Assembly: GCA_030324005.1 (NCBI GenBank)
Contig: JARDVH010000163.1
Location: 105,294,764 to 105,358,763 of the forward strand
Direction: 5' to 3'
Origin: Negaprion brevirostris
Lineage: Eukaryota
Length of the DNA: 64,000 nucleotides
Positions 27,484 through 40,744 of the stretch are shown piece by piece. The position numbers were made by a program, and so were the translations under genes. Numbering within the stretch: position 1 is the first letter of the stretch; each line of letters begins with the position of its first letter. A model generated the notes under the pieces. It was not told the origin of the DNA. It saw nothing but the letters and a program-made list of their open reading frames with translations, and made no database searches.

Positions 27484-27927
27484 CTGCAAAACAGAATAAT
27501 CTTTCAACATTTGTAGCTCAAATTCAAAACAAAGTTACAATTATCACTATCACAAAGAGAAGTGTTGAAGTTGCTTGCATGTTAAACAAAATTTGGTCCA
27601 TCTATAACTGGATGAGCTTGTCATTGTAGTCACTTTTCACTCAGCGTGATATTCCATTTTAACAAGCCAAATAAATGTATTTAACAATCCGAAGCTGTTT
27701 CACGCAGCACAAGTGCCTTCTAAAGCAAATTTGGTGAAATTTGTGAAGCCCGAAAGAGAGTGTGCAGTTGATGTAACATCTAGGTGCATGACAAGAACAT
27801 TCTGTAAATGGAGTTCTTGGGAACAAGTTAATCCTGCAACTCCAATATAGAAACACCAGTCTTGGTCTCAAATCATAACTGCTATCGTACTTAATGTAAA
27901 AACATTTTGCAAAACTAACAACTTTAC

Positions 27928-28064
27928 CTAGCACACCAACATCTGTCCCAATAGTTTCTACGACAAAGTCTGCCGACTTGCCAACAACTCCTCCATCAAG
28001 GCCAGGTCCCCAGGCTCGTATCTTTTGAATGCCTGCTTCAGGTCCAATCTGAATTTCAAAAGGA
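27928..28064 (-). CDS. FLNB: FLNB exon 11 (137 nt), SPFEIQIGPEAGIQKIRAWGPGL...VGVL
   Basis: ttag/gtaaag sites; hand-translated. Confidence 0.95.
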
Positions 28065-28362
28065 CTAATAGAAGGGAAAATGTGTGTGTTCAGGTTGAAA
28101 CCACTATCACAATATTCTCGTCATTTGCACTACACCAAAGGGTTTAGCATTGAATTTTGTTACATTTAGTGCATTAACAGTTAAGAATGATCTTACCAAC
28201 ATTTAAAGTGTAATTCATGTAAACACAACAGGAAATTGAAAAAATACAATGTTTCATACAAANNNNNNNNNNNNNNNNNNNNNNNNNNNNNNNNNNNNNN
28301 NNNNNNNNNNNNNNNNNNNNNNNNNNNNNNNNNNNNNNNNNNNNNNNNNNNNNNNNNNNNNN

Positions 28363-28462
28363 TCTCCATTCACCTGACGAAGAGGGTGTCCCCTCGAAAG
28401 CTTGTGAGTTTATTATCAAATAAATCGGTTGGACTAAAATCTGGTGTTGTCAGACTTACCAC
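28363..28462 (+). mobile_element. Same family, right arm; left part lost in N gap
   Basis: Hammerhead followed by caaataaa..gttggact..tctggtgttgtcagactt. Confidence 0.7.
28368..28409 (+). ncRNA. Minimal type I hammerhead ribozyme motif (Penelope-associated)
   Basis: AUUCAC-CUGACGA-A-GAGGG[UGUC]CCCUC-GAAA-GC-UU-GUGAGU: full core, stem I, stem II and palindromic AGCU stem III. Confidence 0.75.
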
Positions 28463-28859
28463 ATTGAAGAGTTCATAGTTACACAAACGGAAGCAAAGTC
28501 ACAATCATTTCAGGATGAATCAGGAACATTTTTTCTTGCCGAACAGTACATCTGTTACTCACTAAGGGAGAAGTTTCATTCAAAAATATCCCATAGCTTT
28601 AGTTTGGGATTGGGACAGGGGAAAGATCCAGATAGTTAGATGAAATGCACAATAGTTTTAAGGCTATATACAAAAAGTTACAACAGTGGATGAATAGAGG
28701 GGCCTGAGTTTTAAGCAGTTCACTTGTTTTAAAGAGTGGCTATAATGAGGGGAAATTTTCAAAGAAACAATTGATTTATTTTTGAACTAGAAATAAACTT
28801 AAAATTTGTTATCCTCATTTGAATGTATCAACTGAGCTTTGCAAGACAGACAAACTCAC

Positions 28860-28992
28860 CTCCTGGGAATGTTATGGCCACCCCAGGTGATAGTGACGAT
28901 GTGTTTTCCAGGTGTGACAGGGTAGTACTCATAGGAAATGGCATCCCCGCCATCCAAAAGATCTTTTTGTTTCACAGGCTGCTCCAACCCTT
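28860..28992 (-). CDS. FLNB: FLNB exon 10 (133 nt), KGLEQPVKQKDLLDGGDAISYEYYP...NIPR
   Basis: acag/gtgagt sites; 6 nt longer than the human exon as recalled. Confidence 0.93.
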
Positions 28993-29124
28993 CTGTCAAG
29001 GAGATATAACCAACAGACTGAGACATGCAAACAGAACTTGGATTAACCAAAGTTAATTGCATCAACGCAGTCTCTGCTACGTTAAACATAGATGCAGTGA
29101 CTACTTAGTGGAAAATGTTTACTG

Positions 29125-29545
29125 TTTGCACACATGACCAACTTTCCTGTTGCTTGCAATAGGAAAATGTTGGTCACGTGTGCAAATGGAGCAGTTTGCT
29201 CTCATGCCCACATCTGGTCCTTGACCTGCTGCAATGTTCCAGGTGAAGTCCAGTGCAAGCTGGAGGAGCAGCATCTCTTTTGATTGGGTACATTGCAGTC
29301 CTTGGGATTTGAGATCAAAACTTTAGATTCAAGACTCTTCTCCATCTTAAAACCCCTTTAAAAAATGACCCAACATGTATTGCCACAATTCAAACTATCC
29401 CCCTTCCACAGGAGACTTTTATTTGTAAAGTTGCAATCTCTTACAGCACTAACACATTCTCCCTCAAGAGTCAAAAGGACTCTAAACACTGACTCAGGTT
29501 TCTCTAATAGATGCTGTCAGACCTGCAGAGTTTTTCTAGCATCCT
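29125..29545 (+). mobile_element. Degraded Penelope-like element, GIY-YIG C-terminus plus pLTR-like segment
   Basis: Remnant peptides FPVAC, CSHAH, LLQCS, KLEEQHLF*LGTLQ. Confidence 0.6.
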
Positions 29546-30432
29546 CCGCTCTTGATAATTGTTTCAAGGCTCTTAGCAGGTAACTATAAAAAAGTAGTAA
29601 AGAGCAATATACAATTTTATGTGCCACAGGGGAAGCGTTAAGGTCACTGATGAAATCACATTTTAAATAAAGGGACTGGAAATTCAGTGTTAAAGATAAG
29701 GTTGTCTAGCAGCACAATTCATAAAATCCAATTTTAAAACTAACCTATCTACTACTTTATTGCTAGTGAAAGCAAATCTCACTTGATGCCCATATATATT
29801 GTTAATTCTGAGAAAGCAATACAACAATTAACAGGAAGTACATTTACAGAATATTAACATTCACAAACTTTAAAAATGGTGGAAAACAAAACTGCAAGTT
29901 TTAGATTTAGCAAAACATTTAATGAGGGTCTATTCACTAATTAACAGAACAAAAATTGAATTCAATGTCTCATTAATGACAGTCACATGGTCATGGACAA
30001 AGACCTCAACAATGCTAATCATGATGGCGTTACTCTTTTTGGCCCTTTGACCCCAGTGAACAAGGTAAGCACAAAACTGAAACAGTCTGGGATGTGTGGC
30101 AGAATCATAGACTTGATCATTCAAATGCTGGAAAATAGGATTAGAACTGTTGGCTGGTTTGTCTTTTAGTGCAGACGTGATGGGCTGAAGGGCTTTTTTG
30201 TGCTGTATACCTGACTTTATGACTCAACTTCAAATTGCTATTCCAAAGTTATAATAAAAGACAAGCAGTAGGGATCCTAGTCTGAGAGCAAACCTGTATT
30301 GCTGAAATGCTCGCTTAGTTCCCTCTTAGTTCATGTCTTGCTAGTTTTTTAAACTTGGGGAAAGAGGTTAAGAGGACAATTAACCAGGTTATTTGTTCCA
30401 ACAAAACCCATCCTTTCAGCAAAACAACTTAC

Positions 30433-30570
30433 TTGGTCCTTTCACCGTCACTTTCAGGTCACCACTTCCAGCCCCTTTAGTATGAACTTTAAAGTCAGCA
30501 ACTTGGCGAATTCTCAGTCCTTTAGGTTGTAGGCCACGCCCAGTAGCACGACAAGCATTGGGATTACAAG
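30433..30570 (-). CDS. FLNB: FLNB exon 9 (138 nt), [18 protein letters not shown]...VKGP
   Basis: ccag/gtaagt sites. Confidence 0.96.
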
Positions 30571-31795
30571 CTGGAACAGAAAGGAAAATTGAAGTTTCCA
30601 CTGAGTCCTGTAAAGTTGTGTTTCAGGCTAAGGGGAATGGGACAACAGAATAAAGTGAATAGACCCAGTGGAGATAAAATGGTACCAATTGTAACTGGCA
30701 AGTTTAAAGTTGACAATTCACAGAGAGGAAACCCTCAGTTACAAGTCACTGGAAGTACAAAGGGATATGTACCAACCAGAACAGACATCTGAGCAAGTTA
30801 ACATTACAGGGAATGCAAGGCACCATTGGCATTTCATTCCCAATTTTTTTGGGGCAGGGACAAAAAGAGCTGGAAACTTGGATCTGATACAGACACGGAA
30901 TTGGTTAATACCTTTGGCACTGGAATAAGTGCAATCTGGAAACCAAAACTTTGAGTTTGAAGTAAAGATTATTTTGCTATGTGCTATCAAATTAACTGGC
31001 TTGAAGTGTGTGACAATGGATTTTCTTTTCAGATCATTTGCTCAGAAATTGTTTATGCACACTCCAGATTAACCAATGCCAACTTCCTTTTGCAATAATG
31101 AAACACAAGTGTAAATGAAACAAACACTTCCTTTAGTTTCTAGCTACATTAAATGCCTTGAATTGGCATTGAAAGTAAATATTGAGCATGTTCAGAATAA
31201 ATCTTGATCAAGAAAGATATTTTGTAGACAAAAGGAACTGCAGAGTAGATACTGAACTGCATGAACAGATCACAAACTGCTAGAAACAGATAAGTTTGAC
31301 ATTGCTAATACATGAGGCAATCAAAACAAATCTCAACTAAAAAGGGCTTCACAGGATGTGTCTTTTCCTACAGATTAGGAATGACTTACTAGGCTATTTC
31401 AGAGCACAATTTAGAGTCAACTGCGTTGCTGAGCACCTGAAGTTGGCACAGGTAAGAATGGCAGATTGCCTCCTCCCCCACAAAGGGACAATAGCGAACC
31501 AGATGGGTTTACGATCAAAAGTCTAATCATTTTCTAGTTGCCATTATTGATGATAGCTTTACAATTCCAGATTTTTAAATTAGCATTTAAATTTCTTGCT
31601 GTTTGAGAGAGATTGCATTGTGTCTTCCCTTCCGCCTTATCTTTCATACTTCAGTGAATCTGAAAGATTTGTAGCAAGACTTCAAATGCTCATTGAAAGA
31701 TTTTCCCCAAAGAAAACATTAATCTTGAGCTTATGGGTTTTAAAACATGAAGAATGCAATCAGCACTTGTGCAGATGAGCAGACACATCACCCAC

Positions 31796-31993
31796 CTTCA
31801 CCTACAGCGACAGAATACGGGCTCTTGGGTATTGGCGATTCAGCAAATGCAATTTGGATTGTGTGGTGCCCTGCTTGCAAGGGTCTGTAACTGCACCGAT
31901 AATTATTGTTCCCCTTGTCTTCAATCGTTACTTCAGTATCAGTATTACCCTGAGGATCCACTATCACCACTTCAATATTGCCAACTCCAGCAC
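31796..31993 (-). CDS. FLNB: FLNB exon 8 (198 nt), GAGVGNIEVVIVDPQG...SVAVGE
   Basis: AAG acceptor, gtgggt donor; ORF 31788..31970. Confidence 0.94.
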
Positions 31994-32542
31994 CTTTTAA
32001 AAGACAAAAGAAAAGTAAGACTCTTTATACCAAAGGAGCTTTCATTCTGATTTTGACACTTAATTCCTTCAACTGTTATTTCAAAAACCTCAAAGCATTC
32101 AGATTAAATTGCTACAACAGTATTTTAACAAGCAGTGCTTGGCTACAAATCAAAGTTCAACACAAGTCAAACATGTCAAATATGGACTACCCAAATGCAA
32201 TATTAGAAATATCAGTTATAGCATGCTGTTATGCACAGTTGCCCCCAATGTGTAGTGCTAGCCAGCCTTCTAAAGGAAGCTCACCATAAAAATGCTAATG
32301 TGTGCGCTTTAAGTGATTTTAAATTCCAGCCATTTTAATAGGTAGCTACAATATATTCAAAATCTCTGGGTCACCTCAATTCAAGTAATTTAGCCTTCCA
32401 TATTAATACAATTTCTTCACATTCCTAACTGTAACATGCAATTTTACACCAATAACCAACACTAATATTTTGAAGAGCAATTTATATATAAAGAGGAAAC
32501 TTCTTATTTCCTCCCTTACCCACACAGAATTCAAAAGTATAC

Positions 32543-32705
32543 CTGCTGTATAAATATCAAAGTAGGTTGGCTTATTGGCAATGTTTCCGGCAGATTCCAA
32601 GCCAGGTCCTCGTGCCGTCACTTTACTGGCATCACCTTGGGCCTTGTCAATGTTGACTTCAAAAGGACTTTTGGATATGTGCTGTCCAGCAAATAAAACA
32701 GTTAC
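32543..32705 (-). CDS. FLNB: FLNB exon 7 (163 nt), [17 protein letters not shown]...DIYTA
   Basis: ccag/gtatac sites; ORF 32403..32720. Confidence 0.96.
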
Positions 32706-33151
32706 CTGGAGAGACACCATTATACGGCAAGGTCAGCCATTATAGAAACAAATGTCCAGTGGCAAAGAAGGACTTGAACTAGGAAATGCAACATCTTATA
32801 CTTTTATTAAAACATATTGTTTACTCCCACACCCTTCAGGGTTACAGACGTAGATTGAGTTTTTCTAAAGAGGATAAAAGTGTTCCTTATCAGACAGCAC
32901 TGGAATTTCAGATCCCTGGGCCATTAACATGATCACAATATTTCCACAGGGAAAAAAAAAAATCAAAGACATGCCCCAGCTCATATGGAACAGGACAGCA
33001 GAGTAACCTGGTTATTAAAATTTAAAAAATCATTTTAGAGCACAAATAGAAAAGCCTAGTAACACCTTGTAATCAGGGTGATGGCAAGATTCCTGCACCA
33101 AAATATTCCAAAAGAGATGGAACAATTTTGTAGTGAAATGTATATATTCAC

Positions 33152-33229
33152 CTTATGACATCCTGCAACCTTTGGTATATAAATCACCGAGTAAGTCTTG
33201 TTCTTGTCATGGTTATTGGTCACCTTTGC
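33152..33229 (-). CDS. FLNB: FLNB exon 6 (78 nt), AKVTNNHDKNKTYSVIYIPKVAGCHK
   Basis: ctag/gtgaat sites; in frame. Confidence 0.95.
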
Positions 33230-33939
33230 CTAGCAAGAATTTAAGAACATTAGAACCTTTGCAATGTATTCACTCATACAAAACCACTGATTATTTCACA
33301 AGAACACATTTCAGGCCAAGAACAACTCAACTTGTATGCAGCTGCAGAGCAATTATTTCCCTACATTAAGATCCAACACATAGTAACGAGAAAAATGGCA
33401 AGATAGCCTGTCTTTTTTGGGAGGCGTTTATTGGTTAAATACAAATACTGGCTATGTCACTGAGAAAGCCCCAGCTCAATTGTGCTGTAGTGTCTTGTAC
33501 ATCCATCTGAACAGGGAAATAGGACCTTGGTTTAAACATTAAGGAGTACTTAGTACTGCGCTGAAGATTCCACATCTGTCAAGTGGGGCTGGGACCTATT
33601 ATTGCGTTAGCGTAGCAAAATCAATTACAGTACGATGTAACAAACTATTGCTTAAAAACAATTTCAGCAACTATTCATATCTGTATGAAGTGATTGACCT
33701 TTTATATATTGATGCTGACAGATCATAGCAACAGTTACTGTTCAACTTAAAATAAAACAAAACTTCAGGCATGAAAGTTAAAATCTTACCAGCAGCATCT
33801 AATGAAAAGTAGGATCATATATGCAATTGCACCTTGGAACTTTAATTAAAAGATCTAGTCAAAATTAAGTGGTTCAGAATATAAACAGAACCTGAGTTTG
33901 ACTTCATTCTGAACCCAACAGATCTTTTAAATGAGAACA

Positions 33940-34765
33940 ATCTTGGGCCAGTGGGCTGACAAATGGCAGATGGAGTTTAAGTTACATAAACACAAGGTGA
34001 TGCATTTTGGTAGACTGAACCAGAGCAGGACTTACTCAGTTACTGGTAGGGTGTTGGAGAGCATTACAGAGCAAAGAGATCTAGGGATACAGGTTCATTG
34101 ACCTTGAAAGTGGAGTCGCAGGTAGACAGAGTGGTGAAGGCATTCAAGCAAGCTTGGTTTCATTGGTCCAAACATTGACTACAGGAGTTGGGGTGTCTTG
34201 AAGTTGTACAAGACATCGATATGGCCACACTTGGAATACTGTGTGCAGTTCTGGTCACCCTATTATAGAAATGATATTAAACTAGAAACAGTGCAGAAAA
34301 GATTTACCAGGATGCTACTGGGATTTGGTTTGAGTTACAAGGAGGGGCTGGGACTTTTTCCTCTGAAGCATAGAAGGCTGAGGGATAATCTTATGAGATC
34401 TATAAAATGAGGGGCATAGATCCATTAGATAGTCAACATCTTGTCCCAAAAGTAGGAGTCTGAAACTAGAGGGCATAAGTTTAAGGAGACAGGGGAGCTA
34501 CACAAAAGGGTCCAGAGGATGCAATTTTTTTTTCCCCCCCACAGGGTGGTGAGTGCCTGGAACAAGCTGCCAAAAGGCAGTAGAGATGGGTAAAATTATG
34601 TCTTTTAAAAACCATTTAGACAGTTACATGGGTATGATTGGTATAAATGGGATATGGGCCAAATGCAAGCAAATGGGAATAGCTTAGGGGGTCTAACAAA
34701 AAGGGCAGCATACACAAGTTGGGCAAAAGGGCCTGTTTCCATGCTGTAAATGAAGATTCTTAGAA
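33940..34765 (+). mobile_element. CR1-group LINE (HER1-like) 3' fragment
   Basis: WADKWQMEF, VMHFG, PHLEYCVQFWSP, VQKRFTRML; 3' tail gggcctgtttccatgctgta. Confidence 0.85.
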
Positions 34766-36040
34766 TCAGAGGTTATCTACATTCACAAGGTACCTCACAA
34801 GAGGCTATTGCAGAAGGTAAGGGGGCNNNNNNNNNNNNNNNNNNNNNNNNNNNNNNNNNNNNNNNNNNNNNNNNNNNNNNNNNNNNNNNNNNNNNNNNNN
34901 NNNNNNNNNNNNNNNNNNNNNNNNNNNNNNNNNNNNNNNNNNNNNNNNNNNNNNNNNNNNNNNNNNNNNNNNNNNNNNNNNNNNNNNNNNNNNNNNNNNN
35001 NNNNNNNNNNNNNNNNNNNNNNNNNNNNNNNNNNNNNNNNNNNNNNNNNNNNNNNNNNNNNNNNNNNNNNNNNNNNNNNNNNNNNNNNNNNNNNNNNNNN
35101 NNNNNNNNNNNNNNNNNNNNNNNNNNNNNNNNNNNNNNNNNNNNNNNNNNNNNNNNNNNNNNNNNNNNNNNNNNNNNNNNNNNNNNNNNNNNNNNNNNNN
35201 NNNNNNNNNNNNNNNNNNNNNNNNNNNNNNNNNNNNNNNNNNNNNNNNNNNNNNNNNNNNNNNNNNNNNNNNNNNNNNNNNNNNNNNNNNNNNNNNNNNN
35301 NNNNNNNNNNNNNNNNNNNNNNNNNNNNNNNNNNNNNNNNNNNNNNNNNNNNNNNNNNNNNNNNNNNNNNNNNNNNNNNNNNNNNNNNNNNNNNNNNNNN
35401 NNNNNNNNNNNNNNNNNNNNNNNNNNNNNNNNNNNNNNNNNNNNNNNNNNNNNNNNNNNNNNNNNNNNNNNNNNNNNNNNNNNNNNNNNNNNNNNNNNNN
35501 NNNNNNNNNNNNNNNNNNNNNNNNNNNNNNNNNNNNNNNNNNNNNNNNNNNNNNNNNNNNNNNNNNNNNNNNNNNNNNNNNNNNNNNNNNNTTATAATAT
35601 TTGAGACATGTTCATTAGCCTGCTACAGAATTCACTTAAACCCAAGTACCCATTGATAACAAGAATGTTCAATACAGTCAGAGAGCTAGCAGGAATTTAA
35701 GAACATTTGCAACAATTTCTGGTCAAGATAAATAATAATTGGAAAGCCTTAGAACACCTCCAGGCTGGGAGCAGGCAAAATAAATCTGTCATTTATCTCT
35801 ATGCCTCAGGTAGTTTGCTGGAAGTGAGGTGTGGTAATACAATGAGGAAAAGCGAGATAAGATTTGGTGCTATGACAGACTTAGAACGCAGAAAAACTAC
35901 AGCACAAACAGGCCCTTCAGCCCACAAGTTGTGCTGATCATATCCCTTCCTATAGCTCTCAATCCTATTAAAGCCTTGTGCTATCATTTTACTTTCTACC
36001 AAAGTGTAATATTTAGAATACAAATACAAAGTTAAATTAC

Positions 36041-36159
36041 CTCCTCTCGCTGATTTTCTGGGTCATCCACAAAGACCATCACCTCACCTTGCCCAGCACT
36101 GATTGTTTCAACAGTGAATTTAGCAGGATGCATCACAACATTACCCAAAGGCTCAATTC
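36041..36159 (-). CDS. FLNB: FLNB exon 5 (119 nt), GIEPLGNVVMHPAKFTVETISAGQGEV...
   Basis: gtag/gtaatt sites; in frame. Confidence 0.95.
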
Positions 36160-36311
36160 CTACAAAATAAAAAGTGCAAGTGAAATATTTCAGTAATCGA
36201 TGCAAGCCAGGAATTGCCCCAGCTAACTTCTGAGCACAACCTGAAGGGAGGTTTTGGACTCAGATACGAGGTACAGATGGCAAGATACTTCAAATTCAGC
36301 TGGAGACTTAC

Positions 36312-36459
36312 CTGGACCATAAGCCCTTGCTTTCTTAGGATTCAGCTTAGGTTTTAAGGGGGCTCCAGGTTTAAGTTTGGCTTTGGGGAACTGTGACAAA
36401 TAAGTCATTACTGATTGCTCATCAACATTTTGATCTATGATTTCCTCTGGGGCAATCAC
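36312..36459 (-). CDS. FLNB: FLNB exon 4 (148 nt), VIAPEEII...KKARAYGP
   Basis: ccag/gtaagt sites; ORF 36223..36459. Confidence 0.96.
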
Positions 36460-36644
36460 CTGGAAGAGAATAGATATTAAACAATTTTAAAAATCAAATG
36501 TAGATTTTCAATCTAATCACAACTTTTGGATCAGGTTCTAAACCACTACTGTCAGTTGCAATATTTACTCAAGGAAGAAGAAGTTTGTCACAAATCTAAT
36601 ATGAAGGACTTCTGCCAAATAAACTTTTTTTTTTGAGATAACCA

Positions 36645-36950
36645 GAGTCAGTCCCTACTGTGCAGGAGGCAGCCATTTGACCCATCAAGCCTGCACCAAT
36701 AACAATCCAAGCCCAGACCCTAGCCCTGTAACCCCATGTATTTATTCTGCCGATTCCCCAACACCAAGGCACTTTAGCATGGCCAGTCAACCTAATCCGC
36801 ACATTTTTGAAGTATTGGAGGAATACTTGAATTACCTGAAAGAAACCAAGGCAGACACAGCAAAAGTGTGAAAACTCCACACAGACAATTACTCAAGGCT
36901 AGAATTGAACTCAGGTCCCTGGTGCTGAGGTAGTACTAACTACTGTGCCA
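36645..36950 (-). mobile_element. HE1-like tRNA-SINE
   Basis: Same head, body and tail motifs. Confidence 0.72.
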
Positions 36951-38641
36951 CATAGCACTGCTCCATTAATTCATTCAGCCACTAGAATTTACCAATTTTG
37001 AACTGATGTCAGAGAATCATGGGCAAATCAGAGTAGAACACAATACACTAAGCCAAAAAATATTGGGTTGGGTTGACCCAGATCAGCCCTGACACTGTCA
37101 GAAGTTGCAGGCTCATTATATCATAAACCAAATGACCTACTTGTATTCATGGTGACTTTTACTCAAGGTACAATCAGTTGTACAAGCCAAAGCAAAGAGC
37201 AACAATAAATACAAGGAATGAGCAGGCAGAATTTGTTGCAGTTTAGGAAAAGCAGTTTCAGATAAGCTTTAAATAGAGTAGCACATGCCAGGTTGGACTG
37301 GGCAGCACCAGCAGTCAAGTCTGGACACTTAAAAGGATGAGGGTGTCAGCAGTACATGGATGTAAGGAGGACAGAGACAGGAAGTCAGTGGCCTTAGTAA
37401 CAGGAGAAGTTGTGTAGCTGCAAGCTTTACCAGAGTTTAAATGGAGCAAAGTTACAAAAAGAGCTTGGTTCAACTCAGTGTAGTTACATAAGAGTTGGGA
37501 AATGAATCAATGTTGAAGGCACACTGAGGTTGGGACCAAGGTGATTACCAATTTTGCTATCTCATCTTGGCCCTCGGGGCATTACAAACAGGAGAGCATT
37601 TTGCCATCAAATAAGCTAGAAACTACTTAAAAAGTCATGCTAAATATATCTGGAGAGCAATCTGTAGACACTTGTATGCGTGACTTGTTGGGCCACTCAT
37701 TGTTAACTGGGCATCCAATTATCTGCCAAAGATTTTTAAGCTTTTCTTCTGCAATAATTGAAGTGTTGCACATCAAATACTGTGTGGGTGTTTTTAAAGC
37801 TTGTTTTTAATTGATTTTTCACTTTCTTGAAGCAGTATTTCCATCATGCTCAATTTCAATTAGTCAAGATGTTATTAAAATATTTTCCCAGGAAATGAGT
37901 GGGATGTGAATGAATAAGCAACTTAATTGCAGCAAAACCATCACTGCAACAGACAGTATTAATTAGTGCCACTGTATTGAGAAACAATAGTTTCAAAAAA
38001 GACATTCAGAAAATGTTAGCAGCTTGTGGCTGAATTAAAATCAGTACCCATATTAGATTTTGAAACAAAAGTTTAGACCACATACAGAATATTTATACAC
38101 AGCTATTTGCAAGCAGCTCCTTTATAAATGAAGCAACCAGAACTGCTTACAACACAAACCAAGTTCTAACCTTAGCAAGGACCACAAAAACAAAGGGCTC
38201 AGGTTGAACCCAAGAGCAGTAACAAGCCTCAGGTTAACTGCTCAATGATAAAATGTACTGTGACATGAACCACAGGATAATTGCTTATCATACACAAAAG
38301 TTTTCAATTCTACAGCAAGTTATTGCAGTAAATGTGTGACAATGGGCAAATCAAGTTAAGAGGCACTGTTTGCAAATTTAAACACAGGAACCATTCACTG
38401 CTCAAGTATCCCACCTTAGGTTTACATTAGAGGGCATTGTGGGAAAGTGATGCAAAGACCCATGCCTGTCTGCACACATGCAGATCTTGGAAGGTAACTC
38501 TTGCTACCCCACCACTCAAGCCATGACTTAGCTATTGGGAAATTGCATGTGTATTACTCAATCCAAGCCTCAAATCATTACATTGGTTATATTTACAGTA
38601 GGACTTAAGATTTACTAGAAGAGTTATGGATTAGTTTTTAC

Positions 38642-38739
38642 CTGTGGAACTCCAAGCCAGTCATCTGCTTGTTGCATAGCTTCACGTGCATTATCCACTG
38701 GTTTGGCCGCATCCCAGATCTCCCAGTCAGGACACAAAC
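38642..38739 (-). CDS. FLNB: FLNB exon 3 (98 nt), [33 protein letters not shown]
   Basis: tttag/gtaaaa sites; hand-translated, not in ORF track. Confidence 0.96.
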
Positions 38740-39950
38740 CTAAATAAGAAAGTGCTCTTATTATAAAATGCAACTTAAGAGCAGTGATATTCCCCTCCCT
38801 GCAAAAGCCAGACTTCAGTGAACAGGAGGCCAGAAGTCAAGGTAGTTCAAGTGTTTCCACGTGTGGATCAGGAATGGGCTGCTCATGCACAATTCAGCAA
38901 GTTCTTTTGAGCAAAGATGGGCTCAGCACGAAGGTGCAAAAAAAACTGGGTCATGTGATTCAGAATTAGGGCACCATAAATCAGAGAAGAGTCCCAGGAG
39001 GGGACAGGGAGAGATCCCAATTAAGTTGTCAAGGAGAAAGACATCCCAGCAGAACTGTAGTTAACAAACTTGTGAAGAGTGCTCAGCAGAACAGGGAGGG
39101 GAGGGAGGGAGGTCCCTTTGGGACAGCAATATCTGATCAGTACAGCTGGAGAGCTGACATTGTACTCTAGTTGGTGTTTAAATCTGGGGAACATGGTGTC
39201 TCAGATGGCAGGATTGAACACAACGATAGGCTGTCATTCACGCCACCCAAATTGAAGCAACTTTGAGGTGAGATTGTTGAAGGTGAAGGTCCCTTGAGAG
39301 AGAGGAGTTTCAATGAGACTGGTCAACTCTTACTGATATCTGACTTGGTTATGGAAAAATCTGTCTTGGTCACATCTGCCATTTAATGTGTGGGGTTACA
39401 TTTGACCACAGTTTACCTGTTTTCTCCCATTCTGGGATATGAGGACAAATTGATACAGTAAACAGTTTTACCTTTGACTTTCTATCTAGTATTTATTTTT
39501 GTTTGCTCTAAACCAGTGGAATCTTGTGCATCCTGAATCTCAAAATTTTGCCCACTTTAACACAAAACACATGTTTTCCAAGGCTGACACCCAAGTTTAG
39601 GCTCAAAAAGATGGCACAAGTATAAAACTTGACAATTATCCCATTGAGAGAGAATGCATTTTTGAAAATAATCCTGTAAAAATGAACTGTGTAGGTGCAA
39701 GCCAGGAATCATGATAGCACATCCTCAGACAAAAAGATCATGAATTAATCTTCCCTTATGGGCCCACACATGCACTCAATTTTAAACTTTACCACTTCTG
39801 GTAAACAGGCAAGTTAACCAGAATCCAGAACATAGCTCATTCAGCCCACTATTGGCTAATTGCATGAAAGGGAAAACAGGCGAACCTTAAAAAAAAAAGC
39901 AGGTTGCAATATTCCAATCTGCACCAGTTTGCATTCAACATGATTCCTAC

Positions 39951-40199
39951 CTGGAGCACAGCTGTCAACCAGAGCACCCAAGGCTTTTCCATCTTTCCAG
40001 TCATTGCTGAAATTGGTGATTGGCAAATCCGGTAATTTATTCTGAATCCATCCCAACAGCCTCTGTTTGGGTGTCTGGTTTTTCGTGTCATCAGCTCCTT
40101 CATCATCCCAAACAGGCATGGAAATAGAGTAGTGAAGAATCAAAGTCCATATGAGACCTAGAATGAGTTTCAGATTTCCATCCACAATAGCTTTGCTGT
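39951..40199 (-). CDS. FLNB: FLNB exon 2 (249 nt), [31 protein letters not shown]...CAP
   Basis: tttcag acceptor, gtagga donor; calponin-homology sequence. Confidence 0.97.
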
Positions 40200-40744
40200 C
40201 TGAAAAATAAAAATGCAGGAGAACTACATTAGCATTTTGAAGAAGTGACTTCAAAGATTTCATGAAAGATTGGATCAAAATAAGGTGCCTTCTCCCCTCG
40301 TTTGTTGGCCATTTGCATGCCATGTAGGAGTCAGTGGTTCAGCTGGGATTTGTTGTCTATCCCTGTCACCAAGGTCAAGGTGGTGATTTAATACAAATAT
40401 TTAGCTTGGCATGGCTTCATGCCTCAACTCTGGCTGGGTGTGGAACTGGAGTCATACGCAGGCTGGATTAAGAAAGCATGGCAGGTTTCTTTTGAAAATA
40501 AAACTGGCTCAAAACAAAAAGTCCAACAATAAGGTCATCCCAATGGAAAATAGGTTAAAAATAAAATCAGAATTTGAAGTGAATGAGACTTCTCAATGAG
40601 CACTTCAGTGCAGCCATCTCTGGTCATGTGTAATCCCCTCCACTGCAAGTTTACTTGTGTGAATGTGTACATACACAAAGTCACAGTTTACCACCCCAAA
40701 ATGTCAGAGAACAGATAGGGCAGAATGAGTATTTGAAACAGTAT

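Noticed and set aside
34750-35656. Longest ORFs in the track (284 and 282 aa), also 18920-19372
   Set aside because: Composed of N gap positions
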